Shown here: positions 1 through 9,119 of the stretch, piece after piece | Layout: every line of letters begins with the position of its first letter | Position numbering within the stretch: the stretch's first letter is position 1 | NCBI GenBank assembly: GCA_964523765.1 | Contig: CAZFZX010000004.1 | Location: 1,394 to 65,393 of the forward strand | Length of the DNA: 64,000 nucleotides | Origin: an uncultured Enterobacteriaceae bacterium | GTDB taxonomy: Bacteria > Pseudomonadota > Gammaproteobacteria > Ga0077536 | Direction of reading: 5' to 3' | Made by a program: the position numbers and the translations under genes | The notes under the pieces: model-generated | The model's input: only the letters and a program-made list of their open reading frames with translations | Databases searched by the model: none | What the model was told of the DNA's origin: nothing

Positions 1-158
1 CTCTGATTTTGCTGCTTCGAAAGCGCGAGGCGGCTACGAACAATACTCGATTGCTGAAAGATATCTGCGGCGCCATCCTGCTTGCCCCGGCCCTGCTGAG
101 TATCAGCGGCCTGATGGTTTACTACAAGGCATTCTTTCTTGGTCTATTGCTCGTCTAG
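1..158 (+). CDS. 3' end of a CDS continuing upstream of the window; hydrophobic C-terminal tail, product unknown
   Basis: Frame is open from position 3 to TAG at 156-158 (...ICGAILLAPALLSISGLMVYYKAFFLGLLLV*). Too short to identify. Confidence 0.25.
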   Translation, partial: LILLLRKREAATNNTRLLKDICGAILLAPALLSISGLMVYYKAFFLGLLLV

Positions 159-304
159 GAAAGCGCTGACTAATTCGTGGAACGCCGCCTCGGGTTCAAA
201 ATCCGACTGTCCCAGAATTAATCAGAGGTTCCCTAAACCGAAAATTCCCACGAAGGCCGTTTCGATGCGGTTTGTGCTTGCCGCCCGTCGGCCGCGTGGA
301 GTCA

Positions 305-1615
305 TTATTGTGCGGGTTCCAGCAAAACGAAACGGCTGCCCCGCTCATCTTTTCTTAGCTCGTGGAGAAAAGCATGTTTTATCGGCGTCCCTTCCGGGGC
401 AAAATCCATCTTCCCGGTCACGCCTTCGAAGTCGTCGATCTCGACAAGCGCTTCGCGTACTTTGCTACTCTTGGTCGTTCCGGCGAGTTCGATCGCTTGG
501 GCCAGTAACAGGAAGCAATCATAGGCCAGTGCGGTAAACCGATCGGGGCGATGCTCCCCCAATTGTTTTCTAAACTCGACCATTTCGTCCGATTTACGGT
601 CCGGCGAGAAGGTTGCATAAACCACGGTTCCGCGGACGCTATCTCCACCTTCCAGATAGCGTGACGAGAACAGATCCTCACCACCAAAGATCGGAATGTT
701 CGCACCGGCTTCTCGCAACGCGCGCGCGAGTTGCATTCCTTCTATGGGGCCGCCGGTAAAAATCACGCCGTGCACGCTCGTCGAATCGCTCGTTATGGTA
801 TCGACGACCTTCGCCACGTCACTTTTCCCCGAATAGGTATCGTAGGTGTCGGCTTCGATCTTCAGTGCCCTGCCATGTCTGGCGAGTGCCTGCTTGAATG
901 AAGCGCTGACGTCCAGTGAATAGTCGTAGGTAGAAGACGTAACCATCGCATAATCCACGTAACCGAATCGCTCGGTTGCGTATTCAACTACTTCGTCGGT
1001 GGCGATTTCGTCCGGTAGCGCGGCGCGGAAAACGTAGGGGCCGCTTCTGCCAATGCGTCTTCTCGCTCCTATAGAAATGAAGATCGTGTTCGACTCGTTA
1101 GCCATATGAACGGGCGCGAAAGTAGACCACCCAGTAGGAGCAGACAGTATCGCAACAACGCGTTGATCGATTAGGTCCCTGATGATCGCCTGCGTTAGGC
1201 CCGGGCCGCCCTCATTATCGTAATGTACTAGCTCGATTTCACGGCCGCTAACCCCGCCTCCGCCGTTGATTCGTCTGGCCGCCGCGGCGGCACCCTCGAC
1301 GACGCTCAAACCGTAAGACGCCTGCGGCCCCGTCTCGGGACCGATCACGCCGACCCGCAAAAGCCTCTCGTCCTCCGGTTCTCGCTGCTTCGCCTCCGCT
1401 CTTTGGGCAGGCACCGATGCAACAATGCCCGTTTCGTCGATCGCGACAGGGGCGGCGGGAATCGAATTCTCGTCGGAACAGCCGCAGAGTAGGAGTAGGG
1501 GCATGATCACGGCCGCCAACCGCGACGGGCCGCAAGCGAGGACACCGAATAGTGGTCTGCAGCGCGCCCTCCGCATTACCCGACTGCCGACGAACGACGA
1601 CGTACCTACCCCCAT
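305..1615 (-). CDS. Periplasmic substrate-binding protein, type-1 PBP (Leu/Ile/Val-binding, LivK-like) family, probable lipoprotein
   Basis: 436-aa ORF. Lipobox-like LLLLCGCS after a hydrophobic leader. RVGVIGPETGPQASYG...AAARRINGGGGVSGREIELVHYDNEG...VVAILSAPTG is typical of the branched-chain amino acid binding family. The true start may be an internal Met. Confidence 0.8.
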   Translation of the reverse strand: MGVGTSSFVGSRVMRRARCRPLFGVLACGPSRLAAVIMPLLLLCGCSDENSIPAAPVAIDETGIVASVPAQRAEAKQREPEDERLLRVGVIGPETGPQASYGLSVVEGAAAAARRINGGGGVSGREIELVHYDNEGGPGLTQAIIRDLIDQRVVAILSAPTGWSTFAPVHMANESNTIFISIGARRRIGRSGPYVFRAALPDEIATDEVVEYATERFGYVDYAMVTSSTYDYSLDVSASFKQALARHGRALKIEADTYDTYSGKSDVAKVVDTITSDSTSVHGVIFTGGPIEGMQLARALREAGANIPIFGGEDLFSSRYLEGGDSVRGTVVYATFSPDRKSDEMVEFRKQLGEHRPDRFTALAYDCFLLLAQAIELAGTTKSSKVREALVEIDDFEGVTGKMDFAPEGTPIKHAFLHELRKDERGSRFVLLEPAQ

Positions 1616-1642
1616 GACTTCGTCGCCCAGAAAACTGTCCGT

Positions 1643-2227
1643 CTAGAAAAGCGGATGCAAAGGTTTGTCAAACCACAACCTTTTGCGCTCTCTTCCATAA
1701 GTTCCGAGAAGCTTCCATCTCCCGGCTTCCTTGATGAGCACATGATCTTGCTGGTTCCAGTTATCGATCGTAATGAGATCTTTCTCACCATCCGGAACCC
1801 CGACGAGAAGACCACTACAGCGGACGATGACGACGGTTGTCTCGGGCGCCGTTTTGACAAAACGCATATTGTGGTGCGTCGCCATTGAATCGAATACGGA
1901 AAAAATTCTCGTCCAGATACGCTCGGCTGCGACTTTGTCGTGCTCTCCGTTGGTATAGTTCGCTGAATAGAGATCCATGAGCCCATTGAGATCTTTTGTT
2001 TCGATCGCTTTTTCGGCGTCATGGAAAAATGCCATCACGTCGTTAAAGGTTTCCTCGCCGACCAGTTCCTTGGCTGACGGGTCAACGTCCACCGAATACT
2101 GCTCCGAATACGCGTGGTCCGTTGCATGAAGGTTATGGGATAGAAAGAACGCGGCCAGCAGGATCCATGACGAACGCGTTGCGTACGGGCGGTTCCTGGT
2201 CGCTCCGTGAGCGAAATGATCAAACAT
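1643..2227 (-). CDS. Secreted NTF2-like/SnoaL-like fold protein, function unknown
   Basis: 194-aa ORF with a hydrophobic N-terminus. The core (FFHDAEKAIETKDLNGLMDLYSANY...GRWKLLG) resembles DUF4440/SnoaL-type domains. Assignment by eye only. Confidence 0.45.
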   Translation of the reverse strand: MFDHFAHGATRNRPYATRSSWILLAAFFLSHNLHATDHAYSEQYSVDVDPSAKELVGEETFNDVMAFFHDAEKAIETKDLNGLMDLYSANYTNGEHDKVAAERIWTRIFSVFDSMATHHNMRFVKTAPETTVVIVRCSGLLVGVPDGEKDLITIDNWNQQDHVLIKEAGRWKLLGTYGRERKRLWFDKPLHPLF

Positions 2228-2382
2228 CGTCAGCCCCTCCTGATGAACGCTCCAAAACTCATTTTAACCAGATTAGTTGATTATAATCCGGAAACGTTCC
2301 GATCGACTCACGCGATAACGAATTCCGTGAAGTTCTGTTGGCGCCCGTTGAGAATTCCTGACCAAATCCGGTTCGCCGGTCT

Positions 2383-3345
2383 TTAATCAGGCCGGATCGC
2401 CGCAGCCCATTTCGCCATGTTCGTCTTCAGCGCGTTTACCAGATCCTCGCCGACGATGAACACGTTTTCCGCCTGATTCGTGATCGCGAAATACCCCCTC
2501 CTGATTCTGTCCTTGTCTCCAATTGACAATACTCGCGGGATTTGTGCATCGCCCTCGTAGATCGAGATTTCCAGGTTCGGCGACAACAGGCCGTAGGCCG
2601 CCAAGCCTGATGGGGTCTCGTCGGCAAAGCCCTTTATCCGCGCATTCTTTATTGCAAACAACAACTCCAACACTTTTTCCATTTCGGCAAGCCCAACCGT
2701 TGGCTCGAGCGTAAGCCATTTCCCCTTGTCATGTGTGACTACGATCTTCTCCTCACCCGTTCTCTCTATCTCCAAGCGCCCCATCTTGACCGGGTCGATA
2801 TCGAGAAGGCGCTTATCCCGGAGGGCGTAGACGTCTTTATTCGCCTCTTCGCGCACGCTCGCGTGAACGCGGTATACGGTGGGCTCCCCCCGCAACATAG
2901 CGTAGGCGACATTATGTGTGGGACCGCTGTCGCCGAACGAGACTACCGTTTCGGCGCCGGCAACCGTAAACCCCACTTCTATGCCTGGGGCGTCCAAGCC
3001 AAGCTCCCGCAACTTCTCCGGTCCGGGCTGAGCAAACAGTACCGCGTCCTTCCGACCCGCGACGATATTTAGCAGCATCTTGTCGATCGCTTCGTCGTCG
3101 CCTTTGGCGGCCAGCGGGTGAATGACGTACCACCCGTCCGGCTTGCGCAGAACGTCTATCCTGAGACCTGCCCGCTTATCGGCCACCCAAAATCCCTGGA
3201 CGTCACCAACGGAGAAGGAAAGCAGTTTCAAACTGGCCGCTTCGTCCTCTCGCTTTTTCTGCATCTCTTGCTCGAGAAAGTGAAAGGCCCCGCCCAAGGC
3301 GGTCAATACAAGGATCCAGAAAATGGTCTTTTTGACGAGATTCAT
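2383..3345 (-). CDS. DUF4340-like protein, the usual partner of GldG-type ABC auxiliary proteins
   Basis: 320-aa ORF with a single N-terminal TM helix (IFWILVLTALGGAF). Size and architecture match proteins normally encoded right after GldG-like genes. Confidence 0.55.
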   Translation of the reverse strand: MNLVKKTIFWILVLTALGGAFHFLEQEMQKKREDEAASLKLLSFSVGDVQGFWVADKRAGLRIDVLRKPDGWYVIHPLAAKGDDEAIDKMLLNIVAGRKDAVLFAQPGPEKLRELGLDAPGIEVGFTVAGAETVVSFGDSGPTHNVAYAMLRGEPTVYRVHASVREEANKDVYALRDKRLLDIDPVKMGRLEIERTGEEKIVVTHDKGKWLTLEPTVGLAEMEKVLELLFAIKNARIKGFADETPSGLAAYGLLSPNLEISIYEGDAQIPRVLSIGDKDRIRRGYFAITNQAENVFIVGEDLVNALKTNMAKWAAAIRPD

Positions 3346-3552
3346 GCGCTAGTTCCGTGCTACCGAACGCCCGGCGTTCCGTTGTTATCGGTACCGCGCA
3401 AGCCGAATTCCACTTCCCAGGCATCGCCGCGAAAACGGTTCTTTAGGAGTCTCGGGATCGCGAACACAGGGTGCCGGCGAATGCCCGTCGTGTCATCATT
3501 ACAGTGCCCGCTTCGCCGCGGCGCATAGGTAACCGAACGGAGCACAATCATA

Positions 3553-4224
3553 ATGGCAAAATCAGCGACTCGGACGACGACCGCAGCAGTTCTATTCCTC
3601 GTCGCCGTTTCGGCAGCACTCTTTTTCGGTTGGACAAAGAATTCTGACAGAATATCACGCCCGCCTGAGCAAATTGAGGACTATCTGTTCTGGGAACCAA
3701 AGAAATTGTCTGCCTTCAAATTGACGGGTTCCGGAGACCTGATACTTGACCGAAGCCAGATGAAAGGGAAATGGAGTTTCATTTTTTTTGGATATACGCA
3801 TTGCCCGGATGTCTGCCCCGCCACCCTGGCATCGCTGGGAATGACGTTCAAGGTGCTGGAGAAAAGCGACGATGTATCTTCAAGAATTCAAGGGTTCTTC
3901 GTCTCCGTCGATCCCGCGCGCGACGATCCGACATTACTGAAAAACTATGTCGGCCATTTCCACCCGGATTTTACCGGTGTTACGGGCGACGCCGAACAAG
4001 TAACCGCATTCAGCCGGCAAATGGGCGCGCTATACACGATTGATAGGGAAGACGGGACAGATGACTACGACGTAACACACAACTCTTCAATATTCGTCGT
4101 CGACCCGCGCGCCAGACTGTACGCCCGCTTCCCGCCTCCTCATGAACCCGCCAAGATGGCGGATATATTTGTTGCAATCGACGCGTTCTGGCAGGAAGAA
4201 GAAAAACGTCGGGGTTTCTTCTAA
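3553..4224 (+). CDS. SCO1/SenC-family copper chaperone (thioredoxin fold)
   Basis: N-terminal TM anchor, the CxxxC copper motif in FFGYTHCPDVCP, and a downstream conserved His in VTHNSSIFVVD. Confidence 0.85.
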   Translation: MAKSATRTTTAAVLFLVAVSAALFFGWTKNSDRISRPPEQIEDYLFWEPKKLSAFKLTGSGDLILDRSQMKGKWSFIFFGYTHCPDVCPATLASLGMTFKVLEKSDDVSSRIQGFFVSVDPARDDPTLLKNYVGHFHPDFTGVTGDAEQVTAFSRQMGALYTIDREDGTDDYDVTHNSSIFVVDPRARLYARFPPPHEPAKMADIFVAIDAFWQEEEKRRGFF

Positions 4225-4230
4225 ATACAC

Positions 4231-4377
4231 GTTCCAAAACATCGATGAGTTTCGGATTAGAGGCCGGTTGTCAAACATCATCACCGTCATACCGGGCTTG
4301 ACCCGGTATCCAGTAGAAAAAGTCCGCCGCAGGCGGATATTGTTTGACTGGACCCCGGATCAAGTCCGGGGTGACGG
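4231..4377. repeat. Three-hairpin intergenic repeat, copy A (full length)
   Basis: tcaccgtcat-[ataccggg cttg acccggtat]-ccagtagaaaaag-[tccgcc gca ggcgga]-tattgtttgactgg-[accccgga tcaag tccggggt]-gacgg. About 66 bp are ~90% identical to 39961-40025. The leader 4231-4260 resembles 39911-39940. The architecture is shared with 36894-37012. Confidence 0.7.
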
Positions 4378-4431
4378 CCGCCGGTGCAACGATAAGAGTG
4401 AAACATCTTTCGGAATACCCATTTTACCCCG

Positions 4432-4962
4432 TCATGGACCGCCGGCGCCCTCGTATTGACACTTGCAGAGATCGTTTCTGATATATTGAACGAGGTTTCG
4501 TATCGCCTCGTCGTCGAAAGTTTCACCCCAGTCGGGCATCAATTCCGATAACCCCACGCTTTTTCCGCCTTTCTTTATGACGTCAAAGAGGAATGCGTCG
4601 GTCCGTACCGAGAGCAGACTCGGATCGGCGAGGCTCCGGGGCTTGATGTCTCCCCCGAGGCTGTCGGCCAGCGGGCCGTCACCCCCGCCCGTCGCGCCAT
4701 GACAGGCTAGGCAATTACCCATGTAATTGCCTGCCCCCGACTGCATACCTCCGCTCCACGCTTCCTGGCTTACCGAGTAGGTATCCATGTCCTCAGCCAC
4801 CGCGCCTGTTCCGGCCGACAGCTGGCCCGCGACCACCAGCAACGTTACGAGTATCGTCCGGGCGATCGGGCTACGGCGAACACGGGAAGCGCTCGATGCC
4901 AAGGAGTCAGCTGCACGCGGTGCTTGTACGATTTCACTTGCAGCAATAACGACCGTTTTCAT
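4432..4962 (-). CDS. Class I c-type cytochrome (mono-haem), secreted or membrane-anchored
   Basis: CLACHG haem-binding motif and a distal LMPDWG Met-ligand motif, with a hydrophobic leader. Start set at the ATG at 4962, preceded by GGAGAA. The ORF is open to 5007 (TTG). Confidence 0.8.
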   Translation of the reverse strand: MKTVVIAASEIVQAPRAADSLASSASRVRRSPIARTILVTLLVVAGQLSAGTGAVAEDMDTYSVSQEAWSGGMQSGAGNYMGNCLACHGATGGGDGPLADSLGGDIKPRSLADPSLLSVRTDAFLFDVIKKGGKSVGLSELMPDWGETFDDEAIRNLVQYIRNDLCKCQYEGAGGP

Positions 4963-5095
4963 ATCCGAATTCTCCGATTTCTGTTCTGCGCCCAATCGTG
5001 TCTCCAAAGTACCGGTAGCCCGCGGTACGCCCCCTCGTGAGAAACGCGCGCCCGGAGTCCAAACTTCGGCAGATTCTACCGCAGCGACGACACCT

Positions 5096-6715
5096 TTATC
5101 TTGTCCGTCTGAAAACCATCCCGACGCCGGCCACGATCACTAGCGACGGCATTACCACGACCGACAACCAGAATACGAGCCGTCCCTGCGCCGCCGTCAT
5201 CATTATGGGTGTCAATCCACGCTCTTTTGTTCTTATGGATATCAGCATATTCACGTCCGCCAACCAATTGACCATGTTTAGGAAAAAGTCCTTGTTCCCA
5301 GCCAGTTTTATGTGTGTGTTACTGGCAAAATCGGAATCTCCGGTCACGATGAGTTTTCCCCACTTGGTCGTTTGGCTGCTTTTGTCGCCGCCGGCATCCC
5401 CGTCCGATGTGACTACTTCCACCGCGGCGACGGCCGCGATGCTGATAGGTCCGCGGCGATGTCTGTTCGGGTCGAATTTGAGATTCTCTTCGTCGAGCGC
5501 GCCGGTGATCGTCCAACTGTTAGCGCTTGTCTTGGCGAGACTATAGTTTCCTCTAGCCGGGTCCTCGTCTATCTCCACCGAACGGGCAGCGGGAAAGAAA
5601 GTGGCCAGCTCAAACTCTCGAGTGATCGGGTGTCTGCTTTCGTATTCAACCACGACCGGCGTGAGGTAGTTGGCGCCGTAAACCTGGCTGAGTTTATCGA
5701 TCACGATATCTTCGCTTACCTCGAAACCGAAACCGCTCAAGTATCCAGAGAGGTCGGCGCCGCTACCCGGATCCAGCATGAACAGCGCCCGGCCGCCCCC
5801 GGCGACATATTCCGTGATCTTGTCCAGCTCGACCGGTAACAGCGCGCTCTCCGGGCCGCCGATCACCAAGACGGCGGCGTCCTCGGGGACCTTATCAACG
5901 GCCATCAACAGTAACTCGCTTACCTCGTGGTTTTCCTTCTCTATCGCTTCGCGTGCGACCCCGTAACCATCGGCCTGCATGCTGTCGATACGCTTCTCGC
6001 CATGCCCTTTGACGAAGTAAATGGTTTTCTGTCTGTCGCTGAGAAGCTTGATCAGCGCACTGGATAAACGGCTCTCAGACTCGGTGCCGATGACCTGTTG
6101 CTTGTCACCGTACCTTATCAGGGTCGTGCGGTAGGAAGTTACTCCGAATTTTACGGCTTCGGCGGGACTCTTGTCCGGGTCCACGAAGCGGAATTTGAAC
6201 CTTGTCGAATAGTAGGAATATTCCTTCAACAAATCGTGCATAGCCTGACGCGTGCGTTCGTCGCTTCGGTAGAACGCGATCGCCTCCACGTCGTCCGGCA
6301 AAGAGTTCAGGATCCGGATAGTCTGGGCCGAGAGCGTGTATCTTTGATCCGCAGTCAAATCGATCCTTACTTTGTATCTAACGGACATGATACCGACCAG
6401 GCTCACGATAATGACGAAAACCACGGCCATGATCGTCGTGTTCAGGGCGTACTTCGTCGAGCGCTTCGAAACGAAATGGCGGATTTCGCCGAAGCGAACG
6501 TAGGCGAACAAAAGAAGCAGAAGCAGCCCGATCCAGATCAAGGCCATCGGTAATGCGCCCAACTCGCCCGTTACCGCGTAGACGATGCCCCCCGCCACGA
6601 TTAGAGCCGGGGCGAGAAGACCCAGCAACGTGAAGCCCCCCTTACCTTCCGTTACCGCCACCTCTTGGACTCCAGGCTCCGCAAAGTAAGAAACAAAAAC
6701 AACATGACAAAGCAA
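5096..6715 (-). CDS. GldG-like ABC-transporter auxiliary protein (ABC_transp_aux family)
   Basis: 539-aa ORF with N-terminal TM helices, a large extracytoplasmic domain and a C-terminal TM helix. It directly follows the ABC-2 permease. An alternative GTG start at 6661 overlaps the permease stop. Confidence 0.7.
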   Translation of the reverse strand: MLCHVVFVSYFAEPGVQEVAVTEGKGGFTLLGLLAPALIVAGGIVYAVTGELGALPMALIWIGLLLLLLFAYVRFGEIRHFVSKRSTKYALNTTIMAVVFVIIVSLVGIMSVRYKVRIDLTADQRYTLSAQTIRILNSLPDDVEAIAFYRSDERTRQAMHDLLKEYSYYSTRFKFRFVDPDKSPAEAVKFGVTSYRTTLIRYGDKQQVIGTESESRLSSALIKLLSDRQKTIYFVKGHGEKRIDSMQADGYGVAREAIEKENHEVSELLLMAVDKVPEDAAVLVIGGPESALLPVELDKITEYVAGGGRALFMLDPGSGADLSGYLSGFGFEVSEDIVIDKLSQVYGANYLTPVVVEYESRHPITREFELATFFPAARSVEIDEDPARGNYSLAKTSANSWTITGALDEENLKFDPNRHRRGPISIAAVAAVEVVTSDGDAGGDKSSQTTKWGKLIVTGDSDFASNTHIKLAGNKDFFLNMVNWLADVNMLISIRTKERGLTPIMMTAAQGRLVFWLSVVVMPSLVIVAGVGMVFRRTR

Positions 6716-7434
6716 AAGTAGAAGATCACGTCCTCCGTATCGACGACTCCCTTCGCCAGACTCGCGATATGCTCGTTAATCGAGAGATACGAAAGAACCC
6801 GGCCAAAACCCGCAGAGACGAAAGCTACCGAATAACTCATCAGCCAGAAGAAGAAAAGCATGCCGAAAGACAGCGATGCGGAAATTATCTGATTTTCGCT
6901 CAGCGACGATGTAAATATGCCCAAAGAGATGAACGCGGCTCCCAGCAAAATGAGACCACAATATCCCGTAATGATAGGAATGACTTCCGGCTCGCCCAGG
7001 AAGATCAGGAGGATCGGATACGTAGCCGTCAGCAGAATCATGGTGAGGAAAACAACGAAACAAGCCAGGAACTTCCCGGCGACCACATCGATATCACTTA
7101 CCGGATAGGTCAGGAGCAATTCGATCGTACCGGTCTTCTTCTCCTCGGAGAAAAGTCGCATCGTCAGGAGAGGCGTCATTAACAGCATAATGATGCTGAT
7201 ATTACCGATCAATGGTCTTACTACGGTTTCGTTGACGTTCAAAAGCTGATATTGCTTCGCTAACATTGGATTCGTTTGTGCTTGAAAGCTTACAACCGAG
7301 AACGTCGCGAGAAGATTGTAAAAAAAGTAGCCGGTATTCAACAAAAATGTCGTGATCACGACATAGGCGATCAGGGAACTAAAATACGAGTTCGATTCTT
7401 TGCGGAAAATGAGGCCGACACTTCTGATGTTCAT
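6652..7434 (-). CDS. ABC-2 type permease (NosY/GldF class)
   Basis: 260-aa polytopic membrane protein. The N-terminus IFRKESNSYFSSLIAYVV is typical of NosY/GldF-type permeases. There is a 4-nt overlap with the ATPase gene. Confidence 0.8.
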   Translation of the reverse strand: MNIRSVGLIFRKESNSYFSSLIAYVVITTFLLNTGYFFYNLLATFSVVSFQAQTNPMLAKQYQLLNVNETVVRPLIGNISIIMLLMTPLLTMRLFSEEKKTGTIELLLTYPVSDIDVVAGKFLACFVVFLTMILLTATYPILLIFLGEPEVIPIITGYCGLILLGAAFISLGIFTSSLSENQIISASLSFGMLFFFWLMSYSVAFVSAGFGRVLSYLSINEHIASLAKGVVDTEDVIFYFCFVMLFLFLTLRSLESKRWR

Positions 7435-8366
7435 GCCTCTTCCTTCGTTACGAGTTTGATGAAAATATCTTCGAGCGTCACTCCGATCGGACGCATTTCC
7501 ACCAAGTCCCAGTCGTGATGCACAACCATTGCCTGGATATCTTTCCTCACAGGTTGTGCGTCGTCGAATTCGACAACAAATCCGTTGGCCTCTTCGACGC
7601 CGCCCTGCTCTCGGTCGACGCTCGTTACACCATCCAACGTCCTGAGTTCACGCTCCACCTCATCGGCGGCGCCCGCTACGCGCAAGAACAGTCTCGGGGA
7701 GTTCGCGGACGCCAGCTTATCGGGCTCGTCCACGGCCACGAGTTTTCCTTGGTTAATAATCGCCACCCTGCCGCATAGCAGCGTGACTTCCGGAAGAATG
7801 TGCGTGCTCAAAATAACGGTATGCTTGCCGGCCAATTCCTTGATGAGTTTTCTGATCTCCCGGATTTGCTTCGGATCGAGCCCAACGGTGGGTTCATCGA
7901 GAATCAAAACTTCCGGATCATTCACGACGGCCTGGGCGAGACCCACGCGTTGACGATAGCCTCTTGACAGCGTTCCGACGAGCCTGTCGGATACCTCCGC
8001 GAGGTCGAAATCATCGGTCACGCGGGCCACACAACGACCGACTTCGCCGGACCGCACCCCTTTCATGCCCGATACGAAAGCAAGATAGTCGCGCACCTTC
8101 ATATCGTCATACAGCGGGACGCGCTCAGGCAAGTAACCGATCTTTTGGCGTACCTTCAGGGAATCCTCGAAACAATCAAAGCCTGCTACGAGCGCCCGGC
8201 CTTTGGTCGGCGGGAAAAAGCAGGTCAAGATCCGCATCATCGTGGTTTTTCCGGCACCATTCGGGCCCAGCAGGCCCAGAATCTCGCCCTTTTCGACGCG
8301 GAAACTGACGTCGTCAATAGCCCGGTGCGGACCGTAGTCCTTCGTCAGGTTTTCAACTTCGATCAC
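7431..8366 (-). CDS. ABC transporter ATP-binding protein (NosF/GldA class)
   Basis: Walker A GPNGAGKTT, signature LSRGYRQRV, Walker B LILDEPTVGLD. Confidence 0.9.
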   Translation of the reverse strand: MIEVENLTKDYGPHRAIDDVSFRVEKGEILGLLGPNGAGKTTMMRILTCFFPPTKGRALVAGFDCFEDSLKVRQKIGYLPERVPLYDDMKVRDYLAFVSGMKGVRSGEVGRCVARVTDDFDLAEVSDRLVGTLSRGYRQRVGLAQAVVNDPEVLILDEPTVGLDPKQIREIRKLIKELAGKHTVILSTHILPEVTLLCGRVAIINQGKLVAVDEPDKLASANSPRLFLRVAGAADEVERELRTLDGVTSVDREQGGVEEANGFVVEFDDAQPVRKDIQAMVVHHDWDLVEMRPIGVTLEDIFIKLVTKEEA

Positions 8367-8893
8367 TGGGTGACTCTACCGAAGGACTGTATCTCTTTAT
8401 AAGAGCCTGGTGCTGTGTCACCACTTAAGGCCGTCTCTATCGGCCGGTTTCCCACTTCGGTTGCCGCCAGTTCGAGCAGTGCCCGGTCATCGCCAAGCAA
8501 CTGCTCTATGTCCTGTCGCCTCCAGTCGCCTTCCCAGTTCCCTACGAGCGCATTCCAAACCTGCGCAATCGCGACTAGCTCCGCATCGGTAAACGGTTTG
8601 ACTTTCTGTCCGGCGAGATTACTCAGCTCCACATATTTTCTCATCGCGTGTACGACGACAACGAAGGGCGGACCACAACGAGAACAGTACTGCAGCATCT
8701 TCTCGGCATTATGACAGGTCGTGCATCTACTATAGGCCAGCGCCGTTGCTTCCTCGGCCGTATAGCGCAGATATCCTCTGGCTTTAGCCTCGCTGACGAC
8801 GCTCGCATTCAGGGGGTTAGGTATGAGTAGTATACCGACCAGCGCGGCGCCGATGAGGCCCACGACACCGGTCAGCCACCAGTGCATTTTCAT
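8363..8893 (-). CDS. Membrane-anchored protein with one CXXCH haem motif plus a CXXC motif
   Basis: N-terminal TM helix (WWLTGVVGLIGAALVGILLI), then CTTCHN followed 9 residues later by CSRCGPP. The stop overlaps the ABC ATPase start by 4 nt. Confidence 0.6.
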   Translation of the reverse strand: MKMHWWLTGVVGLIGAALVGILLIPNPLNASVVSEAKARGYLRYTAEEATALAYSRCTTCHNAEKMLQYCSRCGPPFVVVVHAMRKYVELSNLAGQKVKPFTDAELVAIAQVWNALVGNWEGDWRRQDIEQLLGDDRALLELAATEVGNRPIETALSGDTAPGSYKEIQSFGRVTQ

Positions 8894-9119
8894 GCTCGCG
8901 GCCGCCGTTGGCCGTGCACCGGCGCCACCGGCGTCCGTTCCGCTGTATCAGGAAGAATATGCCCGTCCATAAACGTCGTCAGTTCTCTCGCGAAGGCGCA
9001 AAGACACCATGCAAGTATCTTAGATGAATTTAATAACCGTCATCCATCACTTTGCGCGGCTTGCGTCTCCGCGAGAGTCATTCTTTCAGGATACCGACTG
9101 GATAGGCAACGCGATGTCT

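Noticed and set aside
139-537. 132-aa plus-strand ORF at the left end.
   Set aside because: It overlaps the 3' part of the LivK-like gene on the opposite strand and has a low-complexity Arg/Ser-rich translation. The real plus-strand signal there is only the short C-terminal fragment ending at 158.
4142-4459. 105-aa ORF (...PGLTRYPVEKVRRRRILFDWTPDQVRGDG...), and the 82-aa ORF at 39894-40142.
   Set aside because: Both are read straight through the hairpin repeat elements. The apparent conservation between them is explained by the DNA repeat, not by a protein.
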